The notes beneath the pieces were generated by a model, which saw nothing but the letters and a program-made list of their open reading frames with translations, made no database searches and was not told the origin of the DNA. Of a DNA stretch of 62,731 nt, positions 56,899 through 62,731 are shown piece by piece. The stretch lies in the NCBI GenBank assembly GCA_041309225.1, contig JBFYZZ010000078.1, positions 1 through 62,731 of the forward strand, read 5' to 3'. The stretch comes from Deltaproteobacteria bacterium (GTDB taxonomy: Bacteria; Myxococcota_A; UBA796; JAFGLY01). Within the stretch, counting starts at the first letter, position 1, and each line of letters opens with the position of its first letter. Position numbers and translations under genes: made by a program.

Positions 56899-58566
56899 GT
56901 GCCCGAACCCCGCGTCCTGGTGCTCCACGCCAACCCGCTCGGCGGCGCCGTGCCCCCCTACGGCGCCGAGCGGGTGGCCCAGGCCCTGGTGGGGGCCGGA
57001 TGCGCCGTCCGGATCTCGACCCCGTTCTGGGCCGCCCGACCGCTCCCCGCCTTCGAGCGGGACCTCTCCTGGGAGCCCGGACTCGTCGCGCTCTCCCTCC
57101 GGAACGCGGACGACGCGCTGGTGGTCCGCTCCCCGCGGGGCCGGGGGCCCATCGACACGCGCTCGTGCCTGCCCGCGGTCCGTCCCCTCGTGGCGGCGGC
57201 CCGGGCTCGGGGGGTGCCCGTCCTGGCGGGGGGCGCCGGGATCGCAGCCCTCGGCCCGGCCGGCCTCTCCGCCCTCGGGGTGGATTTCGGGGTGGTCGGC
57301 CCGGCCGACGACCTCCTCCTCCGGATGGGCCGCTCGCTCGCCTCGGGCACGCCGTTCCCGGTCTGCCTTCCGCACGATCCTCGCGTGATCGCTGCGTCCC
57401 GGGCCCCGGTTCCTCCGGAGGGCGCCCCGCCCCTCCCCCCCGACGCCGGCCTCCAGCCGCCCGGATCCACCCCGCGCCTCGGCGAGGGGCTGGCGCTCGT
57501 CCGGTTCCGGGGCGGCCGCCTCCCCGTGTCCACCGCCGCCGGGTGCGACCGCCGGTGCTGGTTCTGCGTGGAGGGCGCCTTCCTCGGGGGCCACGTGCGG
57601 CCCCGGCCGCCCCAGGAGGTGGCAGCGGAGGTGGCCAGGCTCGCGCGGGCCGGGTTCCCCCGGATCTGGCTGGCCGCGTCCGAGCTCAACGTGCCTGACG
57701 CCGCCCACGCCACGGCCGTGCTCAGGGCGGTGGCCCGCGCGGGGGTGCGGGTCGACCTGCGCGCGTTCCTGCACGCCGGCGCCGTGGACGACGACCTGCT
57801 CTCCGCCCTCGAGGACGTGGGGATGGATCCCCAGGACCTCGGCTTCGAGTTCGGACACCTCGATCCGGACCTCCTGGCCCGGGGCGCAGGCCCGGCCCCC
57901 CGTGTCGCCGTGGACCGCCTCGTGGAGACCTGGCTGCGGCGCGGGTACCGAATGCTCGGCGGCACCGTGCTCCTCGGTGGCCACCCCGCCGAGACCTGGG
58001 ACACGGTGGACACCGCCCTCGAGGCGGCGCAGGCCTTCGACGCGGCCCTGCCCGGTGGCTTCGGCCTGTCGTTCAGCGCGGGCGCCCGGGTCTACCCGGC
58101 GGCTCCCCTGGGACGGTGGGTGACGGCCCGGCCCGGGGAGGCCCGCCCCGACCTGTACGGTGGCAGACCGGGAGACCTGGCCTCCCCCGTCGTCTACTGC
58201 CGGCCGGGCCCCCCTCGGGAGCTCCTGGACCACGTCCTCCGGGGCCTCGCGGCCCTGCGCGGGCCGGTGGCGCCGCTCAACGCCACCGCACCGCTCCGCC
58301 CGGCCGCCCGGCGGGCCGAGGCGCTCGTGGATCGCTCGGTCCTCGCCGCGAGGGCAGGCCACACCAGCACCGCGCTGCGCGCGCTCCGGGCCGCGATCCG
58401 CCTCGATCCCGACCACCGGGACGCCCTTCGCCACCTCGCCCTCCTCCTCGCCAACGTGCGCGGCGATCGCGATGGCGCCCGGGACGCGCTCCACCGCCTC
58501 CTCCGCCTCGTGTCCGGCGAGGCCGCCACCGAGGTGGAGACCGCGCTCGCGATGCTGGAGGGATAG
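56899..58566 (+). CDS. Radical SAM protein with N-terminal B12-binding-like domain and C-terminal TPR-like tail
   Basis: ORF 56899..58566 (GTG start). CX3CX2C motif present as GCDRRCWFC. Flavodoxin/B12-like N-terminal fold pattern (VLVLHANP...GLVALSLRN). C-terminal ALRALRAAIRLDPDHRDALRHLALLL. Confidence 0.65.
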   Translation: MPEPRVLVLHANPLGGAVPPYGAERVAQALVGAGCAVRISTPFWAARPLPAFERDLSWEPGLVALSLRNADDALVVRSPRGRGPIDTRSCLPAVRPLVAAARARGVPVLAGGAGIAALGPAGLSALGVDFGVVGPADDLLLRMGRSLASGTPFPVCLPHDPRVIAASRAPVPPEGAPPLPPDAGLQPPGSTPRLGEGLALVRFRGGRLPVSTAAGCDRRCWFCVEGAFLGGHVRPRPPQEVAAEVARLARAGFPRIWLAASELNVPDAAHATAVLRAVARAGVRVDLRAFLHAGAVDDDLLSALEDVGMDPQDLGFEFGHLDPDLLARGAGPAPRVAVDRLVETWLRRGYRMLGGTVLLGGHPAETWDTVDTALEAAQAFDAALPGGFGLSFSAGARVYPAAPLGRWVTARPGEARPDLYGGRPGDLASPVVYCRPGPPRELLDHVLRGLAALRGPVAPLNATAPLRPAARRAEALVDRSVLAARAGHTSTALRALRAAIRLDPDHRDALRHLALLLANVRGDRDGARDALHRLLRLVSGEAATEVETALAMLEG

Positions 58567-58579
58567 GCCCCTCCAAGCC

Positions 58580-59272
58580 ATGCCCCCCGCCACGCCCGGC
58601 CGCGGTGCCCACCCGAGGGACGCCGACCTCTTCGGGACCGCCGCCGTGCCCCGGCTCCGGGAGGCAGCGGCCGACCTCGCCTGGCTGCTCGGCCGCGGCT
58701 ACGCCGAGACCGCCACCCTGGCGCTCGTGGGGGACCGGTTCCAACTCCCGCTCCGCGCGCGGGTGGCCGTCCTGCGCGGGGCCTGCCCGCCCGAGCAGGG
58801 CCGCCTGAGGCGGGAGCGCAGGGTGGCCGTGGCGGGCCGGCGGGTGGTCGTGGACGGCTTCAACGTGCTCGTCACCGTCGAGTCGGCCCTGGCAGGTGCC
58901 CCCCTCGTGCGCGGCCGGGACGGCCTCCTGCGCGACCTCGCCAGCGTCCACGGCGCCTGGCGCTCCGTGGCCTGGACCGGGCGAGCCCTCGACCTCCTGG
59001 CGGCCGTCCTCGCGCCGGCCGCGGCCGTGCGCTGGCTCCTGGATCGACCCGTGGCCCACAGCGGACACCTCGCGGCCCGCCTGCGGGAGATGGGCTTCGA
59101 GGCCGACACCCCGGACGACGCGGACGCTGCTCTCGCGGACCTGTGCGCGGACGGGACCTGGGCAGGCGCCACGGCCGACGGGCCCCTGCTCGATCGCCTG
59201 CCGGCCGCCGTGGACCTCACCGGTCCTGCCGTGGCCCGCGTCTCCGGGGCCTGGATCGTGGACCTGGGGTAG
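58580..59272 (+). CDS. Hypothetical protein (possibly DUF434-like; family assignment from memory only)
   Basis: Part of ORF 58160..59272, ATG 58580. Segment LREAAADLAWLLGRGYAETATLALVGDRFQL resembles the RGY-containing DUF434 N-domain as I recall it. No catalytic motif seen. Confidence 0.45.
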   Translation: MPPATPGRGAHPRDADLFGTAAVPRLREAAADLAWLLGRGYAETATLALVGDRFQLPLRARVAVLRGACPPEQGRLRRERRVAVAGRRVVVDGFNVLVTVESALAGAPLVRGRDGLLRDLASVHGAWRSVAWTGRALDLLAAVLAPAAAVRWLLDRPVAHSGHLAARLREMGFEADTPDDADAALADLCADGTWAGATADGPLLDRLPAAVDLTGPAVARVSGAWIVDLG

Positions 59273-59468
59273 GGCCCGCGGCTCCGACCCGTCCAAGCGC
59301 GTGACCCCTCGCACCGGCCCGGTCCTGGCCGCTCTTCGTCCATGGGGTGCTCGGCGCCATGATCGGCGGCTTCCAGGCTGCGGACTGCCTGCTGGACGGC
59401 GCCTGGATGGGCGGCCGCGCCCTCCCGTGACCCGTCCAAACGACCCGGGTCCCGCGCGCGTGGCGGGA

Positions 59469-59885
59469 TCACGTCGCGATCACCAGCCGCCCCTCCTCCT
59501 CGGTGACGGGGAACGCGACCACGTCCTCGTGGGACAGACCGCCTCGGACGTGCCCCTCGTCGTCGAACCGGGACACGCCGATGCTGCAGCACTGCACGCC
59601 GTCGGCGCCGGGCACCGGGTCGAGCCGGCGTCCCATGTGGCGGCAGCGGTTGTGCAGGGCGTGGACGCGGCCGTCCCCATCCCGGTAGACCAGGATCCGG
59701 CGGGCGAGCCCCCTGCCCTCCAGCCGTACGGCCCCGTACCGCCCGGCGAGTTCGGGCGCCCGGGCGAGGTCCACCACCACCCGGCTCCCCTCGATCCGCC
59801 AGCAGCCGGCGTCCCGGGGCATCGGCGTCGCGCAGATGCCGAGGATGCGTTGGATGATGCTTCGTTTCATGGCAGGTTGCTGCAT
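59469..59885 (-). CDS. Rieske-like [2Fe-2S] fold protein with incomplete ligand set
   Basis: ORF 59469..59885(-). First box C-R-H is present (HNRCRHMG). The second box reads QCCSIG instead of C-x-x-H, so this is a NirD-like degenerate Rieske domain. Confidence 0.5.
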   Translation of the reverse strand: MQQPAMKRSIIQRILGICATPMPRDAGCWRIEGSRVVVDLARAPELAGRYGAVRLEGRGLARRILVYRDGDGRVHALHNRCRHMGRRLDPVPGADGVQCCSIGVSRFDDEGHVRGGLSHEDVVAFPVTEEEGRLVIAT

Positions 59886-59919
59886 GGTTTCCTCCGGAAA
59901 GGATGGATGGATTGGCCCA

Positions 59920-61449
59920 CTACGCGGTGCCCCGGCGCCGCCAGTCCACGCGCAGCAGGTCGAGGGGCTCCGCCTTGCCCTTGACTCGGGTCGGCGGCAA
60001 CGGGACGAGCGGGAACGCCGGCCGGAGGAGCCGATCGGCCGTGGCCCGGGTGATCACGATCTCGGCCTCCCGGGCGACGGTGCACACCCGAGCCGCCGTG
60101 TTGGTCGCATCGCCGATCGTGGCCACCTGCAGGTAGTCGGCCGACCCGATGTTGGCCAGGGCCACCGTGCCGCTGTGGAGCCCGATGTGGATGGCGAGCG
60201 GGTGGGGCAACTCCTCGCTCAACCGCGTCACCGCCTCCTGCATCGCCACGGCCGCCTCCAGGGCGCGGTCGGCGTCGTCGCCGTGGGCGAAGGGCGCACC
60301 CCACACCGCCATCAGCGCATCCCCGATGTACTTCTCGAGCGTGCCCTCCTTCTCGAAGACGATGGCCGCCATCCGCGGGAAGTAGGCGTGCAGGAGGCGG
60401 ACCACCTCCGAGGGGGCCATGGTTGCCGAGAGCGTGGTGAAGGCGGAGATGTCCGAGAACAGGGCGGTGACGAAGAGCTCGGTGATGCCCAGATCGCCGT
60501 CGGTCTCCATGATCCTCGCCACCGTCGCCGGTGGGAAGAAGCGCTCCAGCGTGTGCTGGCGGATCGCCGATTGCTGGAGCCGTTCGCGGAGCGCCGCGGC
60601 GTGCAGGGCCAGGGCCGCCTGGTTGGCGAAGCCGGTCAGCAGGTCGAGGTCGGACGGCGTGAAGACACAGGCCGCGAGCAGGTTGTCGACGTAGAGCGCG
60701 CCCAGGATCTGGTCGTCGATGATCAGGGGCGCGCACATCGAGCACCGGATCGCGTCGGCGATGACCGAGGGGGCGTCGCCGATGCGGCGGTCCGCCTGGG
60801 CGTCCAGGAAGAGCGCACCCAACCGGCTGTCCAGGGTGTACCGGACGATGCTCTCGCTGTAGGGGTGATCCTTCGAGGAGGAGGCCCCCCGCACCGCCAG
60901 CACGTCGAGGCGGTCCCCCGGCCCCACGGCCAGCAGCACCGCGCGATTGATCGGCAGGATCTCCATGGCCAGGTCCAGGATCCGACCCTCGAGGTCGCCC
61001 CGGATGCCGGGCCGGGCGAGCAGCTCGCCGACGCGCAGGAGGATGGCGAGTCGCTGGGCGAGCGGATCGCCGGCATCACGCGCCTGGTGGTCGAGGATCA
61101 CGGTCCGGGAGACCTGCGCCGCCGGATCGGCCACGCTCTCCGGCACGACCTCCAGGGTGCTCGCCTCGAGGCGCAGGATGAACACCACCTCGCCACAGCG
61201 GAGGGCGTCGCCGTCGGCAGCCGTGGCGACGCCGCGGACGGGCGTGCCCCTCAGGAAGGTGCCGTTCCGACTCCCGAGATCGCAGACCGTCACGTTGCGG
61301 CCCTGGACCACGATCTCCGCGTGCTTCCTGGACAGGCTGGGCTCGGCGAGCGACACGTCGGCGTCGTGGGAGCGACCCACCACGTTCCGGCCGTAGCGGA
61401 GGGGGAAACGGATCCCGACCGGCGCCGTCTTCAGCTCGAGGTAGGCCAT
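59920..61449 (-). CDS. FHA - GAF - class III adenylate/guanylate cyclase
   Basis: ORF 59920..61449(-). FHA segment GRSHDADVSLAEPSLSRKHAEIV...DLGSRNGTF. Central GAF-like region. Cyclase segment VTALFSDISAFTTLS...YIGDALMAVWGAP...IGLHSGTVALANIGS...ATIGDATNTAARV. Confidence 0.85.
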   Translation of the reverse strand: MAYLELKTAPVGIRFPLRYGRNVVGRSHDADVSLAEPSLSRKHAEIVVQGRNVTVCDLGSRNGTFLRGTPVRGVATAADGDALRCGEVVFILRLEASTLEVVPESVADPAAQVSRTVILDHQARDAGDPLAQRLAILLRVGELLARPGIRGDLEGRILDLAMEILPINRAVLLAVGPGDRLDVLAVRGASSSKDHPYSESIVRYTLDSRLGALFLDAQADRRIGDAPSVIADAIRCSMCAPLIIDDQILGALYVDNLLAACVFTPSDLDLLTGFANQAALALHAAALRERLQQSAIRQHTLERFFPPATVARIMETDGDLGITELFVTALFSDISAFTTLSATMAPSEVVRLLHAYFPRMAAIVFEKEGTLEKYIGDALMAVWGAPFAHGDDADRALEAAVAMQEAVTRLSEELPHPLAIHIGLHSGTVALANIGSADYLQVATIGDATNTAARVCTVAREAEIVITRATADRLLRPAFPLVPLPPTRVKGKAEPLDLLRVDWRRRGTA

Positions 61450-61618
61450 GGCCCGGGCGTATCACGCCTCCCTCGGAGGGGCGGACCCAGGTCGGGCGCC
61501 TTCCGACGGGCGCGATCCCGGACCTCGGGCACCCTCGGGGATCCGGTCGGCGTCAACAATCCCGGAGGGAACGCTTCCTTCCTTCCGCCCGGAGGTGTAT
61601 CGTCCTCAGAGAGGCGAC

Positions 61619-62731
61619 ATGGAAGCCGGCCAGCGCACCTTCTTTGTGCAGGAACTTCTGGGAGCCGGCAGCTTCGGTGAGGTGTACCGGGCCACGATGC
61701 AGGCGCCGGGGGGCTTGAGGACCGAGGTCGCGCTGAAGATGCTCCACGATCCGCGCGTGGAGGCGGTGAACCGGATGCGGGAGGAGGGCCGGCTGCTGGC
61801 CAGCCTGCGCCACCCCGCGATCCTGAAGGTCCACGACCTCACGACGATCGACGGGCGCGCCACGCTGGTCACCGAGTTCGTCGAAGGGGCCGACCTCTCG
61901 GCCCTCCAGGCCCAGCACCTCTCGACACGCCTGCTGCTCGAGGTCGTGGGGTCGGTGGCCGATGCCCTCCACACGGCCTGGTCCTCGCCGGGACCGGAGG
62001 GCGGCGAGCCCCTGCGCCTCGTCCACCGGGACGTGAAGCCCTCGAACATCCGCGTGGGACGGCACGGGGAGATCAAGCTCCTGGACTTCGGCATCGCGTG
62101 GTCGGCCGGGGAGGGCCGTCACGCCCGCACCCAGGCGAACGCGATGGTCGGGAGCCTCGCCTACATGGCCCCCGAGCGCTTCACCGGAGCGCCGGTGGAG
62201 CACTCGTCCGACGTCTACTCCCTGGGGTGCGTCCTGTACGAGGGGCTGGTCGGGGAGCGGCTGATCGGGGTCGACACCGCGGCCCAGGCCGCGATGCTCG
62301 CCAGCCAGGCCGATCGCTACGCATCCCACCTGGAACGCCGCCTGGCCCTGGTCCCGCCGGACACCCCTCCGGAGGTCCTCGACCTGCTCAGGAGGATGGT
62401 GGCCTACGATCCGGCGGCGCGGCCCGACGCCCGGTCGGTCGCCGCCACCTGCGAGCGCCTGATCGACGATCTGCACGGCCCCCGCCTGACGTCCTGGGCG
62501 CGCGAGCGGGAGTGGCACGAGGAGCATCCCACGAGCGGGCCGCTCACCGGCCGGTCGCTCGGCGATTCCTCGATCCCCGGGTGGGCGGGGCTCGCGCCGG
62601 CGCGGTCCCGCGACGACGAGACGGCGACGCGCACGATCGACGGGGCGGAGCTGCCCGGTCTCGCCGGCACCATGGCCGGGCCGCCCCGTCCGGCACAGGC
62701 GACGACCGGCACCCGGCCGAGGGCCCGGAAG
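61619..62731 (+). CDS. Ser/Thr protein kinase (Hanks type), 3' end outside the window
   Basis: Not in the ORF track because there is no stop inside the window. Hand translation from ATG 61619 gives LGAGSFGEVY, VALK, HRDVKPSNI, DFG and YMAPER. The frame stays open to 62731. Confidence 0.85.
   Translation, partial: MEAGQRTFFVQELLGAGSFGEVYRATMQAPGGLRTEVALKMLHDPRVEAVNRMREEGRLLASLRHPAILKVHDLTTIDGRATLVTEFVEGADLSALQAQHLSTRLLLEVVGSVADALHTAWSSPGPEGGEPLRLVHRDVKPSNIRVGRHGEIKLLDFGIAWSAGEGRHARTQANAMVGSLAYMAPERFTGAPVEHSSDVYSLGCVLYEGLVGERLIGVDTAAQAAMLASQADRYASHLERRLALVPPDTPPEVLDLLRRMVAYDPAARPDARSVAATCERLIDDLHGPRLTSWAREREWHEEHPTSGPLTGRSLGDSSIPGWAGLAPARSRDDETATRTIDGAELPGLAGTMAGPPRPAQATTGTRPRARK

Noticed and set aside
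59359-59430. 23-aa mini-ORF (MIGGFQAADCLLDGAWMGGRALP) downstream of the radical SAM gene, as a possible RiPP precursor; also the 11-nt direct repeat GACCCGTCCAA at 59286 and 59429
   Set aside because: No ribosome-binding site, no leader/core-like features, and it is separated from the rSAM gene by another gene. A short open frame is expected by chance in this GC-rich spacer. The 11-nt repeat occurs only twice and has no obvious structure.
1-62731. Mobile elements, prophage, defence islands, tRNA/rRNA genes
   Set aside because: No integrase, transposase, recombinase, terminal inverted repeats, phage structural motifs, Cas or restriction-modification motifs, or tRNA-like cloverleaf candidates were recognised in any frame. 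The only compositional islands are short intergenic regulatory regions.

Overview
Very GC-rich, GC3-saturated bacterial chromosomal segment. Nine proteins carry lipobox signal peptides, and a sigma-54 enhancer-binding protein (EBP), a Ser/Thr kinase and an FHA-GAF-cyclase are present, so this looks like a Gram-negative, Myxococcota/Deltaproteobacteria-like organism and not a methanogen. I saw no rRNA, tRNA, CRISPR array, transposase or integrase. Because of the GC content the ORF track is full of long antisense or out-of-frame artefacts (Arg/Gly/Pro/Ala-rich, up to 1804 aa), so I called genes from motifs, signal peptides and start/stop coupling.

Layout:
- (i) 27-7687 (-): an operon running tricorn-like protease, two lipoproteins, then a metzincin lipoprotein.
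- (ii) 7789-18485: housekeeping and envelope genes: rnhB, a cyclase-family hydrolase, a TPR-interrupted SGNH hydrolase, a small tetraheme cytochrome c lipoprotein with pirin and a Zn-ADH, two convergent membrane sulfatase-like enzymes, and a Gly-rich lipoprotein.
- (iii) 18576-30940 (+): one tightly coupled gene string. It starts with a four-subunit 2-oxoacid:ferredoxin oxidoreductase (D-A-B-G order) and runs straight into two hydrogenase-less Hdr modules. Both HdrA genes in these modules contain an in-frame TGA, which I read as selenocysteine, with a SECIS-like hairpin downstream. The ORF track splits both genes at that codon.
- (iv) 31007-41086: surface and regulatory island: a (DTDA)n lipoprotein, an NtrB/NtrC-type sigma-54 two-component pair, then an IPT/TIG-Kelch lipoprotein, a small beta-barrel and a choice-of-anchor-D/VWA lipoprotein.
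- (v) 41414-56514 (+): two complete Hdr-Mvh group-3c-type [NiFe] hydrogenase modules, each with its own maturation protease. The second module replaces HdrBC with a QmoC-like FeS/membrane cytochrome-b-type subunit placed between two complementary degenerate HdrA-like flavoproteins.
- (vi) 56489-62731: a receiver domain, a B12/radical-SAM-TPR protein, an unknown protein, then a Rieske-like protein and FHA-GAF-cyclase facing a Ser/Thr kinase.

Main candidate for a new system: an unusually dense flavin-based electron-bifurcation supercluster in a non-methanogen. It holds five HdrA paralogues (two Sec, one tandem-fused, one split pseudo-heterodimer), four MvhD units, four HdrBC-type units and two Mvh hydrogenases. 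It is wired on one side to a 2-oxoacid:ferredoxin oxidoreductase and on the other to a membrane QmoC-like anchor.
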